From Chiloscyllium plagiosum (lineage: Eukaryota): a stretch of 60,272 bases of DNA. Each line of letters starts with the position of its first letter. The stretch's first letter is position 1. A program made the position numbers and the translations under genes. The DNA lies in assembly GCF_004010195.1 (NCBI RefSeq), contig NC_057721.1, positions 34,967,166 through 35,027,437 of the forward strand. The letters are read 5' to 3'. Of this stretch, positions 25,388-39,200 are shown piece by piece. The notes under the pieces were generated by a model. It was not told the origin of the DNA. It worked only from the letters and a program-made list of their open reading frames with translations, and did not search any database.

Positions 25388-28266
25388 GATTGGTGGCTCT
25401 TTGTGTGATTTTAAACAGCGAGTGGTAGGTGCTAGTGTCTTTATTTTGGGTGTTGGTTTGGCTGGGTAGAGAAAGCTTGGGACTGTAATGGTTCTTTCAG
25501 TCACCAAAAGTTTTCTGGATGTGGATATGGTGACTTCGGAGGTTTTGCAAAAAGTGAATAAAACCAAGTTGCAAGAATTAGCAGAGAAGCTGGAATTGGA
25601 ACTGCCCGCTTCTGTGAGGAAAGGAGGGATAATTATAGCAGTAGCTCAGCATTTAAACTTGCTGGAGAAACCATCAGAATCTATAGAGATGGCAAGAATT
25701 GAATTGCAAATGAAGCAGCTCGAGTTGTAGGTGAGAGATAAGGAGAGGGCAGCAGAAATGAAACAGTTTGAATTATGATTAAAAGCAGAAGAAAGGGAAA
25801 AAGAGAGAGCAGCAGAACAGAGAGAAAAACAGAGTGCGTTTGAACTTCAAAAATTGACACTTTGAAAGGAAAATCAGCTTAAAATGCTAGAGATAAAGGC
25901 TGAGGGTAGGCTCAGTGTGGAAGTAGTGCGAACTCATGTGGAAGAGCAGAGAATTAAAACAGCAAGGTTAGCAGCTGAAGTGGCTGATGATTATGAGCTG
26001 GTCCATAAAACTCAAGTTTGGCTGTTTGGCTTCCAGAATCAATTTCAGTCCATGAGGGATAGACATTGGGGCAAAGAGAAATCCTCAAATGGAAAGGGAA
26101 TGGTAGATCTCAGCGATGATCATATGGATAATTTACCACATGGTAAAAAGGAAACCCATGAGGGGGACGAAGTGGTTAAAAAGCTCCGGTGTTTTCATTG
26201 TAATAAAGTGGGCCACACAAAATTACAGTGTTGTTGGGCTAGAAGAAAACCAGATGAAGGAAAACCAGACAAGCCTAGAAGTTTTGTTAGACTGGTAACA
26301 AAAAGCACAAGACAAGTTAGACAACTGCCTTAGAGTGTACAAGATGATCAGAGGTTGATTAAGGAGGAAGTGCCAGATCTGCTTAAAAAACAAGAGTAAA
26401 GTTTATTCACATAGACCAGGAGTAATAGGTAAGGAGGTTACAATAGTAAGGGACACAGGATCCTTTCTGTCTGCAACGCTAAAGGGTGAGGAGATATGTA
26501 CTCCTGAGGGACTATTGTCAGAAAAGGTACTGGTAACAGGAATTCATGGTGACACAAAATGTGCTCAATTATGTAAAGTGAGGCAAGAGAGTCTAGAGAA
26601 GAGTGGAGAATTTGTGGTAGAAAAACTGAACAAACTCTCAGCTCCAGTAATACAATTTGTCCTTGTAAATGATATAGATGATTCACTGGTAGGCGTGCTG
26701 CCTACTCTGGTTGAAAAGCCAGTGGAGATGCAGGCAACTGAAGACATGAAGAATGTTTTTCCAGGAATTTTCTTGATTGTGTGATCACAAGGAGAGATCA
26801 AAAGGTATAGGTAAGGAAGCTGATGTAGTGTTATCCGAAAGTTCTTTGATCAGATTAGTGGAACAGAGAAGGAAAAAATAGGTAAAATGCCAGTATGTTT
26901 AGCTCTGCTAAGCTGATTGAAATACAGCAGAAAGAAGAGTTAAAACAGTTACATCAAAAGGCATATACTGAGAAAGAAAGTGAATGCATTCCTGTGTGTT
27001 ATTACTTAACAAATGATGTCCTAATGAGGAAATGGAGACAATCACACATTCAAGCAGATGAGAAATGGGCAGAAATTCATCATATTGTTTTGCCGGTATG
27101 TCGTAGAAAGGAGATGCTTCGAGTGGTGCATGAGCTATGACTTGGAGGTGACTTAGGGGTAAGGAAAACACAGGCTAAAATACAAAGACATTTTTACTGG
27201 CCTGGACTACACAAGGAGGTAGCTGAATTTTGCCAGACGTGTCATACGTGTCAGGTAATCAGAAAACCACAGGCAGTAATAAAACCTGTACCTTTAATAC
27301 CTATTCCAGCATTTAAGGAACCTTTTGCAAGAGTCTTGATTGATTGCATAGGTCCCCTACTTCAAACAAAAAGTAGGAATAAATTTACTGACAATAATGA
27401 ATATGTTGACTAGATTTCCAGAGGCAATCCCATTACACAACATCACAGCTAAAAGGGTCATAGAAAAATTACTTCAATTTTTTACTAGATACGGACTACC
27501 AATAGAGATCCAGTCAGATCAAGGATCAAACTTCACATCCTTCATCAAGGAGGTTACAGATATATTGGGAATAAAGCAATTCAAATCTACTGCGTACCAT
27601 CTGGAATCATATAGAGCGCTAGAGAGATGGCATTAGACACTGAAGATCATGTTAAGGGCTTATGGTCAGGATTATCCAAGATTGGGATAAGTGAGTTCCG
27701 AACGTACTTTTTGTGATCAGAGATGCACCGAATGAATCGACCAAATTCAGTCCATTTGAATTAATTTTTGGGCATGAAGTAAGAGGACCATTAAAGTTGA
27801 TTGAGGAGAAATTAATAAGGCAGATTTCAGAGACCACCCATTTGGACTATGTGTCAAATTTTAGGGAATGATTAAATAGAGTTGGCTAGACAGCATTTAA
27901 AAATATCACAGCATACATTGAAACAGGAAGTGGATAAGAAATCACAAATTTGCAATTTTTGCAATTGGGGATAAGGTATTGTTGTTACTTCCAGTAACAG
28001 GTGAGCCTTTAAAAGCAAGGTTTAGTGGACCTTATCAAATTGTGAAGAAATTGAGTGGGGTGAAGTACTTGATACAGACTCCAGGTAGGAAGAAGTCTCA
28101 CAGAATATGCTCAAAAGATATTTTGATAGGGAAGGAAAGCAAGAGGAGAATGTGTTAATGATGACAGCACAGAAGGAAGAGCCAAGTTCAGAGGATTCTG
28201 AATTGGAGATTCCTCAAATCAAATTGGACAATGAGGAAGTTGTCAAAAATTGGGATAAATTATTGA
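25388..28266 (+). mobile_element. Gmr1-like Gypsy internal region, copy 1 (gag, protease, integrase), truncated before RT
   Basis: SCAN-like ARLAAEVADDY, zinc knuckle CFHCNKVGHTKLQC, protease RDTGS, integrase HFYWPGL...CQTCHTCQ, IQSDQGSNFTS and ALERWH; many stops. Confidence 0.9.
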
Positions 28267-28479
28267 CAAAGGAAATGTTGTCAAGGATGTAGAAATTCTC
28301 AGCTCAGCACAGTCACCCTGGAAGGGTTTATAAGGGTCAATAAGACTGTTTTTATTTTCTGGACTGGTAGAATATTGTCTTTCTTTGCTGAGTTTTGTCT
28401 CTCTGACAGTTATTCTGACTCAGCTTCAGAATTTTCTCCTCCTACTCCTTGGAGATTTCCTCTCTCTCTCCTGCATCAC

Positions 28480-29300
28480 CTGCTCAGCCAACATATACCT
28501 CCTTTGAAGACTGAAGTTGAGTGTATCTCACCATAATGATGCAGAAGACCCTGACTGGGCATGGCACCACGTGACTGGTCTAAGTATCAGAACCTCATCT
28601 TCAGAAGGCCTACGGTGTGTTCTACCATGGCTCCAGTCTAAGTGCGGGTACTGTTGTATTTCTCCTCGATGGCAGTCTGAGGATTTTTGAGATGAATCCT
28701 TAAGCAGGTGTGAAAAGAATATTTCTTGTCACCCAGCAACAAACCTTGTACGGGCCAATGCTGTTGAAGGAGGCTAGCACGTATCATTGACCCAGGACAC
28801 AGGTTGCATCATTTGCCTGGATATCTAGCACAGGATATCCTTCAAAATATTGCTGTGGTCACAACTAGCTTTAACATACAGAGAGTAAAAGCTTTTTTCT
28901 GTATACAACACTGCAGGTTAATGATAGGGCACTCTGATTGCTATATGGGTATAACTGATTGCACCTTGAACCTACACAAAACCAGCAATGGCTGAGATTC
29001 CTAATGCCCAGTTTATCTAACTCACCACAACAAGGTGGCAGTAAATGAATTAGTGGAGTCTGGCAAAGGCAGCATCAGTGACATACTGGATGCCCTTATG
29101 AGTAGGAGGACAGTGAAATGCTGCAGACATCTTCAGCATCTCCCTAAAATGATCTGCTGTTAATAAAATGAAAAGAGTGGTTACCTTTAGGGTTACCCAG
29201 TCTTTGTGACCACAGACCCATCCAGCAGCTAGCAGAGGTGTAATATACGGGCTTAAGAAATTCTGAGATGTCTTCCACACAGATTCTCATAAATTTACAA
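28480..29300 (-). mobile_element. PIF/Harbinger (HARBI1-like) transposase remnant
   Basis: Manual minus-strand translation gives IQYVTDAAFAR, VQGAISYTHIAIR, CARYPG and LLGDKKY...NPQTAIEEKYN...VEHTVGLLKMRF.YLD, colinear with Harbinger DDE motifs; stops present. Confidence 0.75.
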
Positions 29301-30459
29301 GATAGCAGCACTTAAGTCTCACAGACCAATCAGCAGTTTTTCTCGACTTCTAGGACTGAATGTGGTCTGATTGCTGGATTGAAACAGGTAATCTCCAGTC
29401 TTCCAGTCAATGAACAATCTGATTGATACTGTAAAAGATTTCATCAAATGTGAAATATTGATGCTTCATTTATTCAGCTAATAACTTAAATCTGAATTTC
29501 ACTTAAAGCCATCGTCGGTCTCTATGGAGATTGTAACAGGATCCATGACAGAAACTAGCAAGCCTAGTAAATGTCATCTTTGAACTGAGGGATACCTGAC
29601 TGATTTGCATTTGCAGTTTCTTCATGCTAATTCTTGAATCATGAGATATTTAGAAAATTCAAACCAAAGAAATATACTTTCCTTAATTACCTACGTTAAA
29701 ACCATGAAAGTGGAACTCATCAAGTTCTGGGTCTTCTCTATCTGAAGCCCCAATATTATCTCTATTGCTATTTTTATTTTGACTAATATCACTAATTTGC
29801 TTCCCTTTACTTACCTCTAGGTCTCCTTGTGCCATTGTTATTTAGTCCCTTTTCCTTTCTTACTCTTTCTGTTGCTCTTTCTCTAATAGATTTGCTGTTG
29901 GTTTTGATGTCATATTCAAGTCATGCATTTATCAGATTCTTATTTTGAAGCTCCTTTTGCTTTTATGTAATCATTTTTTGACAGAATCTGCAGGCAGATA
30001 TCAGATGAGGCAGCCAAACATGATCTCTGAACAAATCTAATTCACTCATTAAAAATACACAAATGGGAGAGAGGACACAGTTTTAAGGAATACATAATTT
30101 TCACAGAGAATAAGGAAAAAAAGCATAAGAAGCAATCAAAGCACTGAGTCAAGTAAAAAGTAAAAAAGTGACTATTCTTTAAGAAAACAAGCCTAGTAAT
30201 GTTTTTGTTCAGCTTTACCATTCAGCACCAGTTAGCAATGGTTGCTATGCAACTACAACGTTATTCAGACACAGAGACTTTTTTATGTGGTCTCATTACA
30301 AGGTTGAGGTATCGGTGACTCAATTGAATGTTTGATGTGCAGGCCTGCTGTTGGCATATCTGTAGTTCATTATGAGATGCTAACACAAAACATCCTCAAA
30401 AGGGCTCAGCTTCAGACCATTCTGGCTCAAAATCTAGGTGGGTTGCATCCACTAAACTT

Positions 30460-32085
30460 GAAGTAAACTAATGATCATTTCTATGACTGATGTGACATTT
30501 TACATGTGCAAAGGAAGATGTTTATGATAGTTAAACAGCAATCATCTCAGCTCCAGGAAAATGCTGCAGTAGTTCCTCAGGGCAACATCTTTCAGCTACT
30601 CCATCATACAGTCAAAAGTAGAAATAACAGCAGAGCATTAATCTCCATTTGCAACTTCCTCGATAATAAAGCAATCTTTGACCACACAAAGCTTGACCTG
30701 AGCAACATTCATTAGTAAGTGTCAAGTAACAACCATTTCACACATGTAATAGGTACTGACCATCTCTAACAACACAGTGCAACCAACATTCCTTGAAAGT
30801 TTCTGGCTTCATTTATAGTTAAATCGTCAACAGCTTGGGGGCACCATTGACTATAACTTCATGTGGACCAGCTATGTTAGTACTGTGGCTACATTAGCAG
30901 GACAGAAGTTGTGAATTCTGCAGTAAGTGACTCTTGTCCCCAAAGCTCTTACCATCCACAAGAAAGAAGTCAGAAGTGTGATGGAGTATTCTCCACTTCT
31001 CTGGATGAGCTCAATACTAACAGCAGCAAAAAAGTTCAACTTCATCTACTTGGTATTCAACACATTCAGTGCCTTAAACATTCACTCTGTCTAGCATCAA
31101 TACAATGTGAGTGCAATGTGTACAACCAACGAGGTGCAATATACAGAGGGACCTCAATTATCCGAATATCGATTATCCAAATTTCGGATTATCCGAAGCA
31201 GATTTCAAGGTGCCGCAAAAACATCAAAAAGATAAGTGTATTTAATTTACCTGTACTGAAGAACATGTGAAAACGCTGGCAAAAACAAAGAAACACAAGC
31301 GCCTCAAGCATTAGTGCCTGGATATATTTTAGGTAAGAGTTCTTACACAGCCCTTTGCAAAAGTCAGTGTTTTATAGGGTAGTCCCATCACTTTACTGGG
31401 CCGTTCATTAAAAAAAAGGCTGAGAATGTAAGCACATGCACGAGGCAGTGCTTCCCTCTTTCTATCATGAGGCTGAGTTCCCAGAAACTGACAAATGCTG
31501 TTGGGATTGTAGAAGCTGTTCGGGATCTTGTTTAATGCTGTCTTCACCACTCCTTGACAAATGGTAACTACTGCTACATTTTTAAACAGTTTTCTTGTGT
31601 TATTATTGCATTATTTAGTTTATCATGTGAATTGTGTCCTCTTGTGCTCAATACATTAAAATTATAGATTTAAATAAATTCTCCTTTAGAGCACAGCATT
31701 AGATCAGCGTGGCTTCCCTTGTTTAAGGTAAAATTGACTATCCAAATAATCAATTATTCAAATAAAATAGTGGCCACTCAACTCGTTCGGATAATCGAGG
31801 TTCCTCTGTAGTGAGATTCCAAGACTTGGTCAACAGTAGCTTGTCTAATGCCCGTAGCATTATACACCAAAAGGATAAGAATAACAGGCACATGAGAACA
31901 GCAACATTTTCAACTTCCTCACCAAATTACAAACCAGCCTTACTTGGAAATCAATTGCCAACCCTTCACTGGGTCAAAATCTTGGAACTCCCTCCCTAAG
32001 AGTTATGATAGTATCTTCAGATTGTAATGACTATTCAAAGGCACTTACGAATGGGAAATAAATTGTCTTTGCCAGTTCAGCCACA
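30460..32085 (+). mobile_element. Decayed CR1/L2-group LINE 3' fragment, split by a MITE
   Basis: AVVPQGNIF motif, similarity to 13230-13825, and tail gggaaataaattgtctttgccag. Confidence 0.55.
31144..31808. mobile_element. Tc1/mariner (Tigger/pogo-like) non-autonomous element
   Basis: 23-bp TIRs cagagggacctcaattatccgaa / ttcggataatcgaggttcctctg (2 mismatches), flanked by TA on both sides. Confidence 0.85.
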
Positions 32086-32351
32086 CTCTATGTCTTAATT
32101 GTTTAATAATGCCCCTTTTTCCAGAATAAAGAAATCTTAATTAACCAGCAGAAGCCTAAAGTACACATCAACTGAGCATCGAGAAAATCAAGTATCTGAA
32201 TGTGAGTCATTTGAGGGGCAGAGATGACCATAGTTTTGAAGAAAGTGGGGATGTAATCAGACAGGAGGTATATTAATGTTGTCAATTGATATAAGGATTG
32301 TAAATTTGGATGATCACAAGCCTAGATGGCTAAATAACAATTTTTTTTTAG

Positions 32352-32478
32352 AAGCTCATTCACAGAATGTGGGTGTTGCAAGCTAGACCGGCATTTATTG
32401 TCCATCCCTAATTACCCAGAGGGCAGTTAAGAGTCAACCACATTGCTGTGGGTCTAGAGTCAAATATAGGCCAGACCA
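32352..32478 (-). mobile_element. 3' fragment of the SINE family at 8510-8825
   Basis: gcatttattgtccatccctaatt...ttaagagtcaaccacattgctgtgggtct matches that copy. Confidence 0.65.
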
Positions 32479-32489
32479 TCAACCATCAT

Positions 32490-33425
32490 GCTTTGCAAAC
32501 AGCTATTTGGTCCTGAAGATCCTCAATATAGTTCAGTCATAAATATTTGATGGACATGGGCCTTCACAATTCCCAACTGGTTTACCCAGGTCCAGCATAC
32601 CTGTTGCATTGAATAATGCCTTGAAATCCTGCAGAAAAAGGAGAGGGTGGATCCTGTCAGCCTGATCCTGGCAGACTGCAAAAGACATTTGGCAGAATGC
32701 CTCATCACCAGAACTTTCCAACAAGCACCAGGATATTGCTTGGTGGTGGTGGGAAGGGCATTATCTGTGAGATCCTTCATGTATTCCCGGACTTTGTAAA
32801 TCACTGCATGCTGCCCTCGAAGTGGCTGCAGAAGGATAGAGTCTGGCACACATCGACTGTTGGAGTGTGCTATTGGAGAGGAAGTCTGGAGAGAGATGCA
32901 GTGGTTCTTGTCGAAGTTCGTCCTGAGCAGCTCCGTGATGCCGGACTCTGTGATCTACCATCTGTTGCCCAGGATACACACTGAGACAAGCATCAACTGC
33001 ACCTGGAAAGCCATCAACTCAGTGAAATACACCCTTTGGTCTGCCTGAAATTTGTTGGTCTTCCAGAACAAGGAGCAGACCTTGACCAAGTTCTGCACAC
33101 TAGCACATCCCAAAGTTCAAGACTATGTGCTGATGGATGCACGAAAGCTGGGGTCTGCAGCTGTCAAAGTACAGTGCAGACAGAGCACCATCTAAGGTAT
33201 TTCTGGTGAAGTTATTTGGGGGTTCGTTTAGTTATTGGAACTCCTGGTGCCTTAAATGTATGTGAATATAGTCTTGTACAAATAAGAAATGCTTTGGATT
33301 GTTTGATGGATTGAATCAAACTGAAATGTTTGTTTCTACATATGCCACTGTACAGAATAGAACTGCTTTAGAGCCTATGTGTATAAAGATTTTTCCTTAA
33401 TCAAGTATATTTTTGAAATGAAACA
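32490..33425 (+). mobile_element. L1/Tx1-like LINE 3' end (ORF2 C-terminal zinc-finger region)
   Basis: WQNASSPELSNKHQDIAW, CPRSGC...H.LLEA-type zinc motif (THRLLECA) and EVWREMQWFLSKF...WKAINSVK; ends in an A/T-rich polyA-like signal. Confidence 0.75.
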
Positions 33426-35626
33426 AGTGACAAGGAAGGCATAAGTCTCTTCTCTTTGATGTATTACAACCATTAACTTATCTTGTTATTGAGGATCATT
33501 TTATTTGCTTTTCTTTTACCCTGAAAGCAATATATTTCTGTTGTAAAATATACAATTATTCCTTAAATGCTGGCAATTGCCTATTTAGCCATAACTTTTA
33601 ACATAAACTATTACAGCAATATTCCCATCTTACTGTCATCATATTCTTTGTTTTGACACAAGACCCAAGTTCTGGACTGAACTTGATTACTTTCAAACTT
33701 AATATAAAATGCCAACAAATTGTGACCAATTTTCCCTAAAGGTTCCATTACAACAATATCATGAATTGGGTTTTGTTGTGATAGCAGTAAACATGGACTA
33801 TTGGATTCTAATGTCCATCATGAGTTTTATACCTGAGACATTTCATGTACTTTTTTTTAAAAAGAACAAATACGGAGTTAAAATAGTTTCTGTGATCACC
33901 TGGTGACAGATTGAGACAAGTCTGGGAGACTAACGTAGAATAAACTAAACCTTTTGCCCTGAAATTACCCTTTTATCTGAAAAATATTGAATCCAGGCAA
34001 CTGAGTTAAGTATCAACATACTCAGATCTGTATATCTTGTTTTAAATCACAACTGTATGATTTTATTTACATGTAGATATAAGGCTCACCAGCAAGTTAT
34101 CTTGCTGGGAAAAACAATTAAACCAGAGTCAGAGTCAGAAATACACAGCCAACACCAATAGTTTTAAAATAATGCAAAGTGAACCATTTTATCTCTGTAC
34201 AAGACCTTGGTTTGGTGCCAGAATACTGTGTTCCATTTTGACTATGTTACAGGCAATGAGTTATTGAGGCATTGTGAAGAGTGCAGAGAAGAATCAAAAG
34301 ATGAGTTCTAATTCTAAATGCCAATTACCCAAATATCTGAAGAGCTCATGTCTGCATACTTCAAAAAATGAACACTCAATTAATGAATGGATTATGTTGT
34401 ATTCATGTAGACCAAATCCTTTCAACTGGATAAATTCAAGAGGACCAAGCAGTCATGTTTACAAGTTAAATAAGGACAGAATATGTTCAATATCAGACAA
34501 ATCTTCATTTCTGAGAAAATAGTGAGTATTGTCTCATTCACTAAATGCAGATTTGCAATTCTGATTCAAGATTGAGCTGACATAGTTTTGCATAGATCTT
34601 CTTGTGTGCATTTGTTTCACATTTTCATAAATTAGAATCTCTTATCTAGAAATTCAAACATGCTTGTGTTCGCTTTTCTGCCATGTAAAGTAAGTCCAAT
34701 ATGAAAATAGTGCACAGTCTGCATTACCCAAGCTGGAGGTGCCACAGATACTATATTAGTACGAACAGATAAAGGATGTCTGTTGTATACACATTTGCAG
34801 ACAAATGTTACACAAGTTCCTTGTGCAGAACTAGAATTTCCTGAATTTGACAACTACAAGTCCAGCTATTTTCACAGAAAACCATATCATTAAACAAATG
34901 GTTACAGGCCACGTCAGAGAAGCTAAGTTCAGAAAAAAAAGAGCAGTTGAATGTAGGGCTGAATTATACTCAAGTACTTTTCCAAACCTTATGTCAACAA
35001 AGTCTGCAACACTAGACCCCAACTGCAGCCTAGAAACAACCCACACTCTGGTATCCAAAAGTGTTAATTGACCCTACTCCGTCCTAATTACCTCCAATCC
35101 AAAACGTTTAACTGACTAATATCAACTGCATTTTGGACCTAACCGCATGCTACTGCCACAATCCGACATGAAAACGGATGAAATGGCCACCATAACACCC
35201 AGATCTGAACATGCCACTTTACAAGTTATGAGAACATATTTCAATGTATGGATTTAACAGAAAATAATTTCCATGCCATAAATTAGAGTGCACACTAATC
35301 AAGAACTTAATTAAGATTTGAACTTCTTAATTAATCATATACAATATTGTAAAATGACAGTGTATGCAAAATTATTTTATTCAAGAACTTCTGATTGTTA
35401 AGCCATGCGAAGCATAATGTTCGAAATCTATATGGAATTGTTTGATATTTATTACATTTCACTTATTTTTTCTGTAAATGTATTTGTCATTGGGTTCCAA
35501 CAATACTTAACTTGCAAATCAGTCTTGACATTATTTTCAATTTATATATATATTGACGTGATGATGCAACTTTTTCTAAGGAGAAAGAAGAATGTGAAAG
35601 ATGCCCTTCAAGTCTATTGTCTACAT

Positions 35627-36256
35627 TGTTACAAAGCTGGTCTTTTTTTTCTAAATACTGTTCCTTTTCTCAAGGATACTGTGTCCTTGATTTCTTTCCA
35701 GAGGAGTCATAAACCAGCTCCTGGTTCCAATTAGACTGGTTTGATACAGGGATTAAAAGTTATTGAGAGGCCTTTTTGTTTATATGTAAATGGATGAGAC
35801 TTCAGGCCAAAGTGGTCATGATTTCAAAGTGGCCTGTATAATGAAAGGGGAGTGGTCAGCTCTTGAGCTGAGCAGTTCAGTCCAGAACTAGTTGGGAATT
35901 CAGCAGTGGATTGTGTGAACAGGCTCTCTCTCTTTCTGCCCTTCTAACTTCAACCTGTAAGCATCTGTTCCATTCTTTTTTACTGGGTTTTAAGGGTGTT
36001 TGTTTATTGGGACTGTTGTGTATATTCAGAACAGCACAATTAAGTCTAGTTTGGATGGACTGAGTTCTGTAGGGGTCCTTTATGTTTCATTATGTAATTT
36101 TAGGAATAAATTTTTGTCTGTTTTAAAATCTGGTAGTCAACCTTGCTAACTTACTCCTGGTAATTTTCACTGTCCACTTACTGAAACAATTTGCAAAGTT
36201 ATGACATGGGCTGCCTGCTTAAGAATGTTTTGAGTGGTCTAGCATAGTTCATAACA
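35627..36256 (+). repeat. Internal LTR (LTR-B), a more diverged subfamily of the same Gypsy family
   Basis: TGT...ACA termini; colinear with LTR-A and LTR-C but with distinct indels; followed by tgggggctctttgtgggat (degenerate tRNA-Pro PBS). Confidence 0.85.
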
Positions 36257-39200
36257 GATTGGGGGCTCTTTGTGGGATTTTAAACAGCGAGTGGTAGGTG
36301 TTAGTATCTTTATTTTGGGTGCTGGTTTGGTTGAGTGTGAACTCATGGAGACATGCAGAGAGTCAAAACGGCAAGGTTAGCAGCTGAAGTGGCTGCTAAT
36401 TATGAGCTGGTCCATCAAACTTGGTTCGGTTTCCAAAATCAATTCCAGTCCATGAGGGATAGAAACTGGGGCAAAGAGAAATCCTCACGAGGAAAGGGAA
36501 AGGCAGATCTCACTGAAGATCATAAGGAGAACTTACCACAGGGTAAAAAAAGAAACCCTTGAGGGGGACGAAGAATTTAAAAACCTCCAGTGTTTTCATT
36601 GTAGTAAAGAGGGCCACAGGAAATTACAGTGTTGGTGAGCTCGGAGAAAGCCAGATGTAGGAAAACCAGACAAGCCTGGAAGTTTTATTGGACTAGTAAC
36701 AAAAAGCACAAGGGAAGTTAGACAAGTGCCTCAGAGTGTACAAGATGATCAGAGGTTGATTAGAGTGGAAGTGCCAGATCTGCTTAAAAAATATACATGC
36801 AAGGGTAAACTTTATTCACAAAGACCAGGTGTAGCAGGTGAAGACGTTACAATATTAAGGGACAGAGGATCCTCTCAGTCTGTAATGCTGAAGGGTGAGG
36901 AGATATGTACTCCTGAGGTACTGGCCAGAAAAGGTACTGGTAACAGGAATTCATGGTGACACAAAATGTGCTCAATTATGTAAAGTGAGGCAAGAGAGTC
37001 TAGAGAAGAGTGGAGAATTTGTGGTAGAAAAACTGAACAAACTCTCAGCTCCAGTAATACAATTTGTTCTTGTAAATGATATAGATGATTCACTGGTAGG
37101 CGTGCTGCCTACTCTGGTTGAAAAGCCAGTGGAGATGCAGGCAACTGAAGACATGAAGAATGTTTTTCCAGGAATTTTCTTGATTGTGTGATCACAAGGA
37201 GAGATCAAAAGGTATAGGTAAGGAAGCTGATGTAGTGTGGTAAGAAAGCTGATGTAGTGTTATCCGAAAGTTCTTTGATCAGATTAGTGGAACAGAGAAG
37301 GAAAAAATAGGTAAAATGCCAATATGTTTAGCTCTGCTAAGCTGATTGAAATACAGCAGAAAGAAGAGTTAAAACAGTTATATCAAAAGGCATATACTGA
37401 GAAAGAAAGTGGATGCATTCCTGTGTGTTATTACTTAACAAATGATGTCCTAATGAGGAAATGGAGACAATCACACATTCAAGCAGATGAGAAATGGGCA
37501 GAAATTCATCATATTGTTTTGCCGGTATGTCGTAGAAAGGAGATGCTTCGAGTGGTGCATGAGCTATGACTTGGAGGTGACTTAGGGGTAAGGAAAACAC
37601 AGGCTAAAATACAAAGACATTTTTACTGGCCTGGACTACACAAGGATGTAGCTGAATTTTGCCAGACATGTCATACGTGTCAGGTAATCAGAAAACCACA
37701 GGCAGTAATAAAACCTGTACCTTTAATACCTATTCCAGCATTTAAGGAACCTTTTGCAAGAGTCTTGATTGATTGCATAGGTCCCCTACTTCAAACAAAA
37801 AGTAGGAATAAATTTACTGACAATAATGAATATGTTGACTAGATTTCCAGAGGCAATCCCATTACACAACATCACAGCTAAAAGGGTCATAGAAAAATTA
37901 CTTCAATTTTTTACTAGATACGGACTACCAATAGAGATCCAGTCAGATCAAGGATCAAACTTCACATCCTTCATCAAGGAGGTTACAGATATATTGGGAA
38001 TAAAGCAATTCAAATCTACTGCGTACCATCTGGAATCATATAGAGCGCTAGAGAGATGGCATTAGACACTGAAGATCATGTTAAGGGCTTATGGTCAGGA
38101 TTATCCAAGATTGGGATAAGTGAGTTCCGAACGTACTTTTTGTGATCAGAGATGCACCGAATGAATCGACCAAATTCAGTCCATTTGAATTAATTTTTGG
38201 GCATGAAGTAAGAGGACCATTAAAGTTGATTGAGGAGAAATTAATAAGGCAGATTTCAGAGACCACCCATTTGGACTATGTGTCAAATTTTAGGGAATGA
38301 TTAAATAGAGTTGGCTAGACAGCATTTAAAAATATCACAGCATACATTGAAACAGGAAGTGGATAAGAAATCACAAATTTGCAATTTTTGCAATTGGGGA
38401 TAAGGTATTGTTGTTACTTCCAGTAACAGGTGAGCCTTTAAAAGCAAGGTTTAGTGGACCTTATCAAATTGTGAAGAAATTGAGTGGGGTGAAGTACTTG
38501 ATACAGACTCCAGGTAGGAAGAAGTCTCACAGAATATGCTCAAAAGATATTTTGATAGGGAAGGAAAGCAAGAGGAGAATGTGTTAATGATGACAGCACA
38601 GAAGGAAGAGCCAAGTTCAGAGGATTCTGAATTGGAGATTCCTCAAATCAAATTGGACAATGAGGAAGTTGTCAAAAATTGGGATAAATTATTGAGTTAC
38701 CTTCCACATGAAAATCGAAATGACCTGAAAGATTTATTACTATCACAGGGGGAGATTTGTGGAAATAAACTGGGAAGTACTAACCTAATTGTGCATGATG
38801 TAGATATAGGAGATGCTGTTTCAATTAAGCAACATCCTTATAGCATAACCCTCTAAGGTTGGCACAGGTTCAAAAGGAGATAGAATGCATGTTCCAAGAT
38901 GGGATAATTGAAGTGAGTTACAGTGACTGGAGCTTATCCATTGTCATGGTGCCAAAGCAAGATGGTACCCAATGGTTATGTATGGACTATCGCAAATACT
39001 GATGCATATCCAATTCCATGGTTCGAGGACTGTGTCGAAAAAGTGGGACAAGCAACTTATATTTCTAAGTTGGACTTGCTCAGAGGCTACTGACAATACC
39101 CCTTTCAGAGACAGCGAGGCAATTTCAGCTTTTGTAACGCCAAATCGACTATATCAGTTCAAGGTCATGCCATTTGGCAAGAAAAACACTCCAGCCACAT

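Noticed and set aside
30231-30253. RFX X-box-like motif gttgctatgcaac
   Set aside because: A single imperfect motif with no nearby promoter evidence.
34700-35260. Non-repetitive stretch with an ORF containing a furin-like RKKRAV, as a possible env or captured exon
   Set aside because: Frames are short and broken by stops, with no fusion peptide, TM segment or convincing splice pair. Worth a BLASTX but unsupported.
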